A DNA stretch of 64,000 nt, from IMG/VR virus record IMGVR_UViG_3300009370_000002; one strand, 5' to 3'. A model generated the notes under the pieces. That model was not told the origin of the DNA, ran no database searches, and saw nothing but the letters and a program-made list of their open reading frames with translations. Below, piece by piece: positions 30,431 through 40,053 of this stretch. Every line of letters begins with the position of its first letter. Position 1 is the stretch's first letter. The DNA comes from a virus. A program made the translations under genes and the position numbers.

Positions 30431-31695
30431 GCTACTTCCTTGAACTTTATAGTGCTATAATTTTCTCTAGCTTGCCAAGAGCCATGCTTGTTATATACTT
30501 CAAGCATTAAGTTCACCCAGGTTTCCTTAAAATTATCAAAGTTGTAATTTTTATTCACATGCTCTTTTCCCTTGTTGCCCATTGTTCGCCTCCCTTCTTT
30601 CCCCAATGCCATCATTTTTGTCATTGCTGAAAAGAAATGCTCCTTATTTATTCTATCTTCATAAATATATGGCACATCTTGAGAGCCAATTATAGCTTTT
30701 GATGAAGGGTATAAGGGTATGCCGAACCATTCCTTGCCATCGGTGATTTGCTCTTGTAAACCGCCCGTCATATTCACGATGATTGGGGTTCCACATGACA
30801 ACGACTCCAACGTTGCCAAGCCAAAACCTTCAGCATCAGAAATATTAATGGTACAATCTACCATGTTATATATACCAGATAAATTCTCTGGTGGTATTTT
30901 GTCAGTTGATAACAGAACCTGTCTTTGTTCGTCTAGCCCTAAATGAAGTATTATCTGCTCTAAGTCTTGGCCATGAGGATCTTTTGGCTCAGTATGCATG
31001 ATAAGTTGAGCTTTATCATGATTGTTAGTCTTGTCTAGCCACTCCTTAAACCACCAAATAAGGGTTCCAGATTGTTTTCTTCGAGCGTTACGATTATTCC
31101 AAAAGAATATAACCTTATCTCTATCTGTTGGTGGCAGGGTATTGTTTCGAATATTGTCTATCTCCTCGTCTGCTAATTGTTTAAATATATTTCCATCAAC
31201 AGCATGGGGAACATAAGTGCAATCAACATCAGGAGATACTGTTCTTACTATATCATCGGTTACTTTTGATATTGTTGCAATATGATCATTAGAATCGTAA
31301 AATTTCTTATTAAAGAGTGGGTATGGATAATTATCCCAAACATGATAATATACCATCGGCACTAAAGAGCGAATTTCATTTTCAATGTGCCAGAGCCAAC
31401 CGAAAAATCTAGGATCAGTCATAAACCATACCATATCAATCTTCTCGACTCTTATAATAGAGCGAATCATCTGAGCGTTTCCATAACCATCGATTGGTAT
31501 ACATGTCCAATCATCTTCATACGGCTTTATCTTAATATGATTGTAATCTTTATGCTTGATTGCACCGCCAAGAGAAATAATTGAAAACTTTCCAGTCTTT
31601 AGCAAAGCCTCACAAACATATTTTGTCTGTGTTCCTACTCCGCTAGGGCTTAATGGGTGATCAGATAAAGTCAAAATCTTAATCTTCTTAGTCAT
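30427..31695 (-). CDS. GT4-family glycosyltransferase
   Basis: NRNARRK, SDAEGFGLATLESLSCGTPII, TGGLQEQI. Confidence 0.88.
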   Translation of the reverse strand: MTKKIKILTLSDHPLSPSGVGTQTKYVCEALLKTGKFSIISLGGAIKHKDYNHIKIKPYEDDWTCIPIDGYGNAQMIRSIIRVEKIDMVWFMTDPRFFGWLWHIENEIRSLVPMVYYHVWDNYPYPLFNKKFYDSNDHIATISKVTDDIVRTVSPDVDCTYVPHAVDGNIFKQLADEEIDNIRNNTLPPTDRDKVIFFWNNRNARRKQSGTLIWWFKEWLDKTNNHDKAQLIMHTEPKDPHGQDLEQIILHLGLDEQRQVLLSTDKIPPENLSGIYNMVDCTINISDAEGFGLATLESLSCGTPIIVNMTGGLQEQITDGKEWFGIPLYPSSKAIIGSQDVPYIYEDRINKEHFFSAMTKMMALGKEGRRTMGNKGKEHVNKNYNFDNFKETWVNLMLEVYNKHGSWQARENYSTIKFKEVA

Positions 31696-32704
31696 TAACA
31701 GTCTCCTTTGGAGTCGTAGTTGAGCAAACTGTATTAGTTATGAGCTTTGTCACGACATAAGGATCACAGTTTGCATTTGGGCGCCTATCTTCAATGTACC
31801 CCTTTCCTTCTGCTGCGACTTGCCACGGAATCCTAATAGAAGCTGTTCTATCGGAAACTCCATATTTGAACTCTTCATGAGAACAAGTCTCGTGCTCTCC
31901 TGTTAGGCGCTCTTCGATACCGGCACCATAGTTTTTGATATGTTCGTCAGCTTTAGTACCAAGAGCTTCTGCTGCTGCGATGCAAGCATCATAATCTTCC
32001 CTCATCGTCTTGGTGCTGAAATTCGCATGACAACCGGCACCATTCCAATCTCCAGGCATTGGTTTCCCTTCAAAAGAAACCTCAACGCTATATCGCTCTG
32101 CTACCCTCTCCAAAAGATAACGAGAGAGCCAAAGATGGTCTCCCACCTCCACTGTTCCACATGGCCCGACTTGGTATTCCCATTGCCCAGGACACACTTC
32201 GGCGTTAATACCACTTATCTTAAGCCCTGCTTGCAGACAATGATAAAGATGAGTCTCTGCAATCTGTCTTCCAAATGCTCTGGTTGCGCCGTTACCACAA
32301 TAATAATCACCTTGCGGTGCAGGCTCTCCCTCTTTTGGAAAACCTAATGGCTTTCCGTTAACCATAAATGTGTATTCCTGTTCTAAACCGTACCAGCACT
32401 CCTGTTCTGCGTGTAGGGCGTCAGTTATAACACATTTGGCTCTTGTGTTTGTTTTGTGCGGTGTCATGTCTGTGTTATAAACCTCACACAACACCAAAAC
32501 GTTATTTCCCTGTCTTAAGGGATCTGATGTAATAACAACAGGCTTCAATACACAATCGCTGTTATCTCCATCGGCTTGTTTCGTAGATGAACCATCAAAA
32601 CCCCAAATCGGGGGTTGTTCTTCGTCCCCTAGGACTTTTGTCTTACTTCTAATCAATGGTGTAGGTTCTGTACCATCAATCCAAATATACTCAGCTAACC
32701 TCAT
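31688..32704 (-). CDS. glnII: Glutamine synthetase type II
   Basis: AEYIWIDG, WGFDGSST, GLEQEY, NAEVCPGQWEYQVGP, DWNGAGCHANFS, RTASIRIP, GYIEDRRP. Confidence 0.95.
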   Translation of the reverse strand: MRLAEYIWIDGTEPTPLIRSKTKVLGDEEQPPIWGFDGSSTKQADGDNSDCVLKPVVITSDPLRQGNNVLVLCEVYNTDMTPHKTNTRAKCVITDALHAEQECWYGLEQEYTFMVNGKPLGFPKEGEPAPQGDYYCGNGATRAFGRQIAETHLYHCLQAGLKISGINAEVCPGQWEYQVGPCGTVEVGDHLWLSRYLLERVAERYSVEVSFEGKPMPGDWNGAGCHANFSTKTMREDYDACIAAAEALGTKADEHIKNYGAGIEERLTGEHETCSHEEFKYGVSDRTASIRIPWQVAAEGKGYIEDRRPNANCDPYVVTKLITNTVCSTTTPKETVND

Positions 32705-33252
32705 TTAATTTCTCCTATATTAATGTTACTTTGTACCTCATTACCCCATGTATCCCAACCGGGCGTAACGTGTCTTGAAAATAATTCAATTTTGTTCTGC
32801 GAAGGAAACATCAATTCGATGCGCTTCCGTACTTCTGCTGGTTTTGTCGAGTGGGTTCCTCGCAATTCGCTCACAAGCTGCCTTATGTTTCTTGCACCTC
32901 GGGGCTTTGGAATTTTACCCTTTTTGCCTATGAGGCACATTTCGCACTGACTCATAGTGTAAAACCCAGGATTAACACGCTGCTTATCCCAGACAAAACC
33001 AACAGTAGCCCAGCTAAACCCCCACGCTTTCATCAAGTCAATAGCTTGATCAAGGTGAGGGCTGCTAGACCACAAAAATATTAAACAGTTCTCGGCAGTT
33101 ATGGCAGGTATATCCAACTTCTTTAAATCTTTCAATTTCATTGTTGGGTAATGTTTTACGGCACCGCCAGTATCTTTTCCGCCTTTGCCGTTGTGTTGTC
33201 GCTGTCCTTTATAATCCCATGGTGGATCAGCATAAAGAATCTCGTATTTCAT
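32701..33252 (-). CDS. MT-A70 family N6-adenine methyltransferase
   Basis: LYADPPW, HYPTM, HSTKP, IELFSR. Confidence 0.9.
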   Translation of the reverse strand: MKYEILYADPPWDYKGQRQHNGKGGKDTGGAVKHYPTMKLKDLKKLDIPAITAENCLIFLWSSSPHLDQAIDLMKAWGFSWATVGFVWDKQRVNPGFYTMSQCEMCLIGKKGKIPKPRGARNIRQLVSELRGTHSTKPAEVRKRIELMFPSQNKIELFSRHVTPGWDTWGNEVQSNINIGEIK

Positions 33253-33261
33253 TTTTCTCCA

Positions 33262-34041
33262 TTATGGGCATATCTCCGTCTTTCTGAACTCGCAGTTCTT
33301 ACAGGATAAGCGATTTTTGATATACATCTTCCTATCAATATTCACTAAAGCTTTATACAATAGTTCGCTTGCGTTTGCAGTTTTCCTTGGTCCAGAAGTT
33401 ACCCTAAAAATCTCCACATTATCCTTCTTAGCAGTCCTCTTCAAAAGCGCAAAATGCGTTTCAACCATTTTTGGTTCAATATTGTGCTTCTGGCAAAAGA
33501 ACTTCTTGTAAAGCGTCAATTGGTATGTAATCAGCTTACTACTTCTCTTTTCCCTATCCCATCCCCATGAACAGGTTTTCCAGTCAATAACATGGTATTT
33601 CCCATCAGGGGTTTTTATCACTAAGTCAATATAACCTTTAAACTTGTACTTGTCAAGTGAAAAATCATTTATTTTTTCAAAAAGTTTTTCTTCAACGGAA
33701 AACACCTCAAAATCGGGAAATATTCTCCTCAACCCAGGCATGATTTGAGGAATCAAGACTTTGGCTTGTCCTCGCATTTGTTCGATGAGTTCTGTTCGTT
33801 GTTCGTAGTCTGAATCGAGTCGTTCCAACTCTCCATCAAAACTTGCATCAAAGAAGTCGTCATACTCTGATTCGTCGAGTAAATCTTGGACAGCATTCTC
33901 GCATAGAGAATGGATAGAGCTACCAAAAGCAGTAAATTCATTTCCTGTAAATCCTTTTTGTTTGTCAATGTAAATAACTTTGTGTTTAAAGGGGCATTCT
34001 GCCCATATTTTCAGTTCCGAGTACGATATATGCTCTTTCAT
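33262..34041 (-). CDS. PD-(D/E)XK nuclease (RecB/Cas4-like)
   Basis: FKGYIDL, VIDWKT, QLTLY; Cys at ECP and CKNCEFRKTEIC. Confidence 0.85.
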   Translation of the reverse strand: MKEHISYSELKIWAECPFKHKVIYIDKQKGFTGNEFTAFGSSIHSLCENAVQDLLDESEYDDFFDASFDGELERLDSDYEQRTELIEQMRGQAKVLIPQIMPGLRRIFPDFEVFSVEEKLFEKINDFSLDKYKFKGYIDLVIKTPDGKYHVIDWKTCSWGWDREKRSSKLITYQLTLYKKFFCQKHNIEPKMVETHFALLKRTAKKDNVEIFRVTSGPRKTANASELLYKALVNIDRKMYIKNRLSCKNCEFRKTEICP

Positions 34042-34712
34042 TAATCCTCCGGGAATTCGAGTTCAGATAACTTATTATACAGCATTGGACAAGTATTCTT
34101 GAGTTCTGTTCTGTCTTTCAGGTAGAAGTGTTCGAACCCAATGGCAAAATACTCTCGCAATGAAGTCGCAGCATAAGGCGAGGGGAACAATCCCACTGTC
34201 ATATACCATAGGGATTCATACCCAACTTCCTTATAAAAGTACGCATCAATATCCTGGTCATAAAGGTAAGTGTTTCGTATCTTTGAATATGGTTTGTTGT
34301 CATTGTTCAATAAGGTATGATAAAGTCTACCTCTCTTTCCAAGAAACTCTTTCTTAAGAGATTGATCATCATATATATGATTCGTGTACCTCTCCTCTAC
34401 AGAATGAGCAATCTCATGAATAATATCATCAATCATATCTTCTTTCGTGTCCTGCTTATTTGACACGTATATTGCTCCGTCTTTATACAGGGCGTTGATT
34501 TCCCTTTCTTTGAACATATCAAAGTCTCCGACATAAACAATATCAACTCCAGACATTAAGTGTGAAGGAATCCTATTTGAAATAAACCTAAACACTTCAT
34601 CAGGATTAATACTCTCAGGTAGAGAATCCTTAATAAAGATGTCAATCTCTTTCATGCGGTAGTGTGTCCTTAAATTCTTCGATTTCTTGATTGATGATTC
34701 AACCCAGCCCAT
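34041..34712 (-). CDS. Putative zincin-like metalloprotein
   Basis: DIIHEIAH (HExxH), SLREYFA; start MGWVE after GGAG RBS. Confidence 0.55.
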   Translation of the reverse strand: MGWVESSIKKSKNLRTHYRMKEIDIFIKDSLPESINPDEVFRFISNRIPSHLMSGVDIVYVGDFDMFKEREINALYKDGAIYVSNKQDTKEDMIDDIIHEIAHSVEERYTNHIYDDQSLKKEFLGKRGRLYHTLLNNDNKPYSKIRNTYLYDQDIDAYFYKEVGYESLWYMTVGLFPSPYAATSLREYFAIGFEHFYLKDRTELKNTCPMLYNKLSELEFPED

Positions 34713-34738
34713 AACTAGTCTCCATGTATACTTATTAC

Positions 34739-34767
34739 AGTATAACCTATCACGCAAACGTTGTCAA
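34739..34767 (-). promoter_or_regulatory. sigma70-type promoter
   Basis: TTGACA-17-TATACT. Confidence 0.75.
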
Positions 34768-34770
34768 GTA

Positions 34771-35433
34771 TTATTTTGAACAAGCCTTGACACGGCAAGC
34801 TGATTTCTTAATCCAATAGAAGCTAAAAGCCGCTTGGGACACCGTTAATGGCGTTATTAGGGGGGGCACTTCCTCCATCCTGTCTGGCCACTGTTCGAAC
34901 ACTTGTTTGGCTGCTGCTCCGAATGGACCTTTCTCTTTTATTGACGTTAGCTTCCATTGGGGATGCCAGCGTATGGTTCCCCAGGCTGTTTTGGAACTTG
35001 AGGCAATTACCATGCCTCGTTCATCATAAAGATAAGAAGAAAGAGTTGAATATTTGTCTCCAACGGAAACGATGGTTCGCAGAGTCCAGTGTTTGTTCTG
35101 CATGCCGCATTTGACGGCATCGGCATAGTTGCACTTCTTGAAGCCGGGCATGTACTGGATGTTCTTCCAGTCGTAGACATTAACCTCTCCGTTCCAAATC
35201 TCCGCACCAGTGTGACGGTTCATCCTGTTCTTGATAATAGATGTGTGCTGGGCTTGTTCAGCAATCATGATGTTTAGGGGCATCGATGTGCCCACCTTTC
35301 CTTGAGGATCATGAACCTCAGATATGTCAACGTAAATCTGAACCACTTGGTAGTCAGCACTTACGGTAATCTCATGGTTAGGCTCTTCGGCATAAGCAGC
35401 CGAGAATAGCCAAAAAATCAATGCAAATAGCAT
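34771..35433 (-). CDS. Hypothetical secreted protein
   Basis: Signal-peptide-like MLFALIFWLFSAAYA; paired Cys. Confidence 0.6.
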   Translation of the reverse strand: MLFALIFWLFSAAYAEEPNHEITVSADYQVVQIYVDISEVHDPQGKVGTSMPLNIMIAEQAQHTSIIKNRMNRHTGAEIWNGEVNVYDWKNIQYMPGFKKCNYADAVKCGMQNKHWTLRTIVSVGDKYSTLSSYLYDERGMVIASSSKTAWGTIRWHPQWKLTSIKEKGPFGAAAKQVFEQWPDRMEEVPPLITPLTVSQAAFSFYWIKKSACRVKACSK

Positions 35434-35442
35434 GGGGTACTC

Positions 35443-36771
35443 CTACAGTATCTTCGCCGCTAAAGTCGCTAATTTCGAGCGTTCTCCTCGTTTAAACGTA
35501 ATGTGCCCGGAGATGTCAAAGGTTTTGAACTTCTCAACGGCGAATGCTAAACCGTTTGACGTTTCATTCGTATAGATGTTGTCAATCTGTTCAATGTCTC
35601 CGGTTAGAACGACTTTAGCGTTCTCTCCAATCCTTGTGATGATTGTCTTAACTTCATGAGCCGTCAGGTTCTGAGCTTCATCAATGATGACGAAGGCATT
35701 TGAGAGCGAACGTCCACGGATGTATGTCAAAGCTTCAAGTTCGATATCTCCCTTGTCCATATAGCTTCTCAACATCGTCTTGTCGTGTCCGACAACCATC
35801 TGAAGGTTGTCCTGAATCGGCATCAACCATGGCATCATCTTATCGTTCATTGTGCCTGGGAGGAATCCGATGTCCTTGCCAAGAGGTTGAACTGGCCTGG
35901 AGACTACAATCTTCCGATATTTGTTGTTCTGAATGCCAAGCGTCTGTTCCATGCCTGCTGCTATTGCCATCAGAGTCTTTCCTGAGCCTGCCTTCCCAAT
36001 CAGAGTCACAAGCGGAACATTATCATCAAAGAGTAAATCAAATGCAAAGCCTTGTTCCTTATTCCGAGGCTTGATTCCCCAGCTTAGATTGCCCCAACTT
36101 TGAGCGCTTGGGATAAGAGGCATACGTACCCCCTTGAAGCGACAAAGAGCCGTTTTTTTGGGGTTTCCGGACGATTGAAGCATAAGAAACTGGTTTGGAT
36201 AGAGTTGAATTCCAACATCTTCATCCAAGATTATCTCTTCATCAGCATAGAACTGATCGATTATCTGATCGTCAACAAGAACCTCTTTGAAACCATCATA
36301 TAGCTTATCTGCGTCTTCCACAACGTTCTCTGTGACATAGTCCTCAGAACCAAGCCCAAGAGAGTTTGCAATAACTCGCATATTGATGTCCCGAGACACC
36401 ATGGTTGTCTTGCGCTTTTCCCAATCCACCTGCACTCGGAGAGCCGACGAAAGGATGATATGGTCAGGAACCATTAAGTCAAGAGATGGGGGCAACATTG
36501 TTGGTTGCCACTTTGGGTCGCAGACTTTAATGATGCCCTTGCCTTGTTGAGGGCGAACGCCTTTAACAAGAGAGCCCTTCTCACGGAGACAATCAAGGTG
36601 CTTAATTATCTTTCGAGCGTTGAATCCAACTGAATCTTGTCTCTTTTTGTGTTTGTCGATTTCTTCTAATACCTTAAGCGGAATGAAGACATCGTTATTT
36701 CCGAATGCGAATAAAGCGTCTGCATCGGAGAGGAACACCGAGGTGTCAATAACGTAATTTTTCTTTGCCAT
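35443..36771 (-). CDS. phoH: PIN-domain PhoH-like ATPase (PhoH2 type)
   Basis: N-terminal PIN (YVIDTSV, SRDINMR), Walker A GKAGSGKT, YIRGRS, IIDEAQN, GDIEQID. Confidence 0.93.
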   Translation of the reverse strand: MAKKNYVIDTSVFLSDADALFAFGNNDVFIPLKVLEEIDKHKKRQDSVGFNARKIIKHLDCLREKGSLVKGVRPQQGKGIIKVCDPKWQPTMLPPSLDLMVPDHIILSSALRVQVDWEKRKTTMVSRDINMRVIANSLGLGSEDYVTENVVEDADKLYDGFKEVLVDDQIIDQFYADEEIILDEDVGIQLYPNQFLMLQSSGNPKKTALCRFKGVRMPLIPSAQSWGNLSWGIKPRNKEQGFAFDLLFDDNVPLVTLIGKAGSGKTLMAIAAGMEQTLGIQNNKYRKIVVSRPVQPLGKDIGFLPGTMNDKMMPWLMPIQDNLQMVVGHDKTMLRSYMDKGDIELEALTYIRGRSLSNAFVIIDEAQNLTAHEVKTIITRIGENAKVVLTGDIEQIDNIYTNETSNGLAFAVEKFKTFDISGHITFKRGERSKLATLAAKIL

Positions 36772-39733
36772 TTAAATCTCTCATTACATCTCTAACTAGT
36801 GGAGCTAATTTCTTTTGAAGTCTTTCGGCAGCTTGAGGTTTGGCTGGGGCAGGTTTATCTGGTTGAGTTTGAGATGGAAAGGGGATAACATTATCGCCCG
36901 AGGCTTTCTTTTGTTTGGCTTTCCTCTTTATGTAATCGTATAACCAATCTTGGGGATTCTCTGTTGTAGCATCCCAGTGTCCCCTTATTCCAGTTCCAGT
37001 TGTTTCACCTTCAAGCCTACCATGTATCAAATCTAATATCTTTATTTGCTGCTGGGTTAAGCCGCCCGTTTTAACGTTAATGGGAACCCATTTGATTTCT
37101 TTGCCATCTCTGGTTTCTTTGCCATCTTTATCTATTGCACGAAACCTAATTGGCTTTCCTTTTATTATCTTGTCTCTTAGTCTTGGAAGCTGGCTTGTTA
37201 CTTGTTTTTGCTTTTCTTTTGGGATTCCATACTTCTTCATCAAGTCGCCTATCCAAGCCTTAGCAGTAAACTTCATGATTGTCTGTGCATCTTCGTTCAT
37301 TGTTAAGTCTGCTTGTTTCTCGTTATACTTGAGGACGCCCTTGATATATAGGTTGACCGCTCGTTCATAATTGCTGATGACATTAGTCAGCGATTCAATA
37401 GCATCTTCCACAAGCTCTGGTGTTAAGTCAACGGTGTTGCCATCTTCGGTGGCGACTTTGGTGCTTAGGGGGACTTTCTCGGGAGATCGGGTTTTGTTCT
37501 TATCTTGCGTCATCTGTACAATCTTGTCATATATGTCTTGAGCATCCTTAAACATCTTCTTAGCATCTGGTTTTTCTTTTTCTTTTGATTTGGGCTTAGG
37601 GTGGAATTGCAATCGTTTAAAAGCTCTCTGTAGTTCATAATTCGTACCTGGTCTATCCTTACGGGTAAACACCAGTTGCTCCCCATTCCATGATACAGAG
37701 GTTACCACAAGAGGCTCCCCTTCTCCTCTTCCTATTACCAAAGAGCCGGCTTCTATCATCTTGGTTAAAGAGTCGGCTACATGCTTCGATTCAGGCTCTT
37801 TATCCCATTCATGTTCACCATCCCAATTATTGGCAACCTTCTCTTCGTATTTTTCCTTTAATTCTGCCAAATCCAATGTCAACCGCTTGTCTTCGTCAGA
37901 CATGCCTGCTATATCTTTTGTTCTCTTGGCTGCTGCTTCGGCTTCTTTAGCAGCTTTGTTTTCTGCTTCCTCATCCGCTCTTGCTTTTGCTTCTTTTGCT
38001 TCTTGGGCTTTTTGTGCGGCGATTTGTGCTTGTTTTTCTGCTTCCGCCTTTTGCTGCTCTTCTGCTTTTGCTGCTGCTTCTTTAGCTTCCTTGGCGGCTT
38101 GGGCGGCAGATTCAGCATCAAGTTCTTCTTTGGAGCGCATCATGGCAATATCGCCTTTCTTCATCATATCCAGAAATTGTTGTGGTTTGAGAATCTTGTA
38201 TCCCTTCTCCAAACCAAAATATACCTGTTCTTCATCATCTGTCCAAAGGCGATACTTAACTTCTTCTATTGTATGCAAGTCATCACCCAATACAATCTGC
38301 CATTCATTGCCGCCGCTGATTGATGACACAATTTTCTCTATTTCCACCTCAACTTTTGATTTCATTGACTGAAGGAATGGCTTTTTCATCACTATGTTGT
38401 CTTTAATATACTGCATAACCATTTGCTTGTTGCCTTCTCTGTTGAAAACGGCTTTGAGTGCATCCTGGTCGTTAGGCCCAATTGTATTGATGTAATCCAC
38501 GACAAACTCAATAAACTGTTGTTTTGCGCCTGTGCCTTTTAAGTCTTCTGGTGTTAAGCTTTCATTTGCAGCAGGTTTCCATGCTTCAGCGGCTTTGAAG
38601 AAAGACTTTAGTGCTCTGAATTCTCTACTAGCGTTCTTATTTGATAGCTGGATGTTTGTTTTCAAATAGGGGCGTGTTTCTTCGGGCTTTTCTTCTTCCT
38701 TTTCTTTTTCTGGTTCTTTTTCTGGTTCTTCAGGCTCATACTTTAAATAAGAGAGAATAAACTCTTGATATTCAGGGTACTCAATTACTGCTTCCAGTTT
38801 TTCATATTCCTCTTTTGTGAAATACTTCCTAACAACCTTTAGGCTTTCAACATCAAATTTTGGCAGTTTGCGCTTTTTTTCTTGTCTCTGTTGTGATTCA
38901 GGGAGCCGCTCATGATCTCTTCGATGTCTTATCATCCTGAGAATAAGCTTTACTGTTTCCTCATCCAAGTCTTCTGGTATTTCAATTCTGGTTACCTCGT
39001 CATCTACAAGCTTCTTATATTTAACAATGTTGCTAGTTGCGGTATTGAGTTTGGCGAACATAGAGCCTACCGAATTCACAGCATTTTCAAAAGCATCCTT
39101 TAGTGTGTGAGGTTCGGTTGTCAACACCTTATAGGCATTAGTCTCATGTAAACTTGGATCGATCTGAGCTAATATGGCTTTAAGAGCACTTAAGGGAACA
39201 TCCTTAGTTCTGTTAAGAATAGACTTAATGAACTTTTCCCTGTCTTCTGGAGATGGGAGGTTAGAAGCAATAGATGATATTTCTTCAAACCCTAGCGCCT
39301 TTACTTCGGTTATGCCAGAGAGCCACTGCCCAAGGCTTTTAACCGCTCCGCCTACCATTGACGGCCTGTCTTTGGATAATTTTTTGATTTTTTTGGAAAA
39401 CACTTTTGCGGTGTCGTACCACTCAACAAGCTCCATTAACACTTTGGTGTTGGCTTCAATACTATTTATTAGAGCTTGAACCTTTTCAATAAAGTCTTTA
39501 GAGCCTGGGCCAGTTTCTGTTTCTGGTTCGTCTGTGTCGTCGTCAACTTCTTCCGTTGCCAAGTTAGGCGTTTCTTCAGTTGGAGAAAAAGCTTTGGAAT
39601 ATCGTTTAAGTTTGGATTTCAAAGTTTCCGCAAACTTTTGCATATCACGCATTGTAGAATGAATGTCAAAAAAGCTAATTGTTTTCGCTATTTCTTCGTT
39701 TATGTTATTTGGCTTGTTTTTGTAAGACACCAT
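36746..39733 (-). CDS. Large 995-aa hypothetical protein with Ala/Glu/Lys-rich helical segment
   Basis: Long ORF; AAQAAKEAKEAAAKAEEQQKAEAEK low-complexity tract. Confidence 0.6.
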   Translation of the reverse strand: MVSYKNKPNNINEEIAKTISFFDIHSTMRDMQKFAETLKSKLKRYSKAFSPTEETPNLATEEVDDDTDEPETETGPGSKDFIEKVQALINSIEANTKVLMELVEWYDTAKVFSKKIKKLSKDRPSMVGGAVKSLGQWLSGITEVKALGFEEISSIASNLPSPEDREKFIKSILNRTKDVPLSALKAILAQIDPSLHETNAYKVLTTEPHTLKDAFENAVNSVGSMFAKLNTATSNIVKYKKLVDDEVTRIEIPEDLDEETVKLILRMIRHRRDHERLPESQQRQEKKRKLPKFDVESLKVVRKYFTKEEYEKLEAVIEYPEYQEFILSYLKYEPEEPEKEPEKEKEEEKPEETRPYLKTNIQLSNKNASREFRALKSFFKAAEAWKPAANESLTPEDLKGTGAKQQFIEFVVDYINTIGPNDQDALKAVFNREGNKQMVMQYIKDNIVMKKPFLQSMKSKVEVEIEKIVSSISGGNEWQIVLGDDLHTIEEVKYRLWTDDEEQVYFGLEKGYKILKPQQFLDMMKKGDIAMMRSKEELDAESAAQAAKEAKEAAAKAEEQQKAEAEKQAQIAAQKAQEAKEAKARADEEAENKAAKEAEAAAKRTKDIAGMSDEDKRLTLDLAELKEKYEEKVANNWDGEHEWDKEPESKHVADSLTKMIEAGSLVIGRGEGEPLVVTSVSWNGEQLVFTRKDRPGTNYELQRAFKRLQFHPKPKSKEKEKPDAKKMFKDAQDIYDKIVQMTQDKNKTRSPEKVPLSTKVATEDGNTVDLTPELVEDAIESLTNVISNYERAVNLYIKGVLKYNEKQADLTMNEDAQTIMKFTAKAWIGDLMKKYGIPKEKQKQVTSQLPRLRDKIIKGKPIRFRAIDKDGKETRDGKEIKWVPINVKTGGLTQQQIKILDLIHGRLEGETTGTGIRGHWDATTENPQDWLYDYIKRKAKQKKASGDNVIPFPSQTQPDKPAPAKPQAAERLQKKLAPLVRDVMRDLNGKEKLRY
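36793..36800 (-). promoter_or_regulatory. Putative phage late promoter ACTAGTTA
   Basis: About 22 nt upstream of phoH ATG. Confidence 0.5.
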
Positions 39734-40052
39734 AAATCCTCTGAAGAATCGTAGATGCGCTGCCGGATGATGCTATATTTATAACGGCACCCAAAACACC
39801 GCTTATAAGAGCGATTTCACTTGCATCTAGCCCCTTTACATTCTGAATATTGCGCGATACATCAATAAGCTCCTTTTTAAGCTTTGTAAGGGAATCCGTC
39901 TTATCGCCAGACTGTGGAGATTGTGCTGCCTTTTCTGCATCGGTGGGTGGCATATCTTCCCCTCTGTCCCCACCGCCGAATGGATCCAGTTCATTCAAAG
40001 ATTTTAATTCTTCAGCAATTAGCTGCTTTAGTTTTTTTTCTGTAAGTTTCAT
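39705..40052 (-). CDS. Hypothetical protein with MKLT..L..(I/L)I.EEL N-terminus
   Basis: MKLTEKKLKQLIAEEL. Confidence 0.65.
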   Translation of the reverse strand: MKLTEKKLKQLIAEELKSLNELDPFGGGDRGEDMPPTDAEKAAQSPQSGDKTDSLTKLKKELIDVSRNIQNVKGLDASEIALISGVLGAVINIASSGSASTILQRIYGVLQKQAK

Positions 40053-40053
40053 T

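Noticed and set aside
16026-31695. DNA hypermodification as the purpose of the glycan island
   Set aside because: No base-modifying or thymidylate-synthase-like genes in the window; Maf/GT content fits protein or surface glycosylation better, though not excluded
33262-33961. Restriction-modification system call for MT-A70 plus nuclease
   Set aside because: Nuclease looks like a RecB/Cas4 exonuclease; adjacency alone is insufficient, so kept only as a low-score finding
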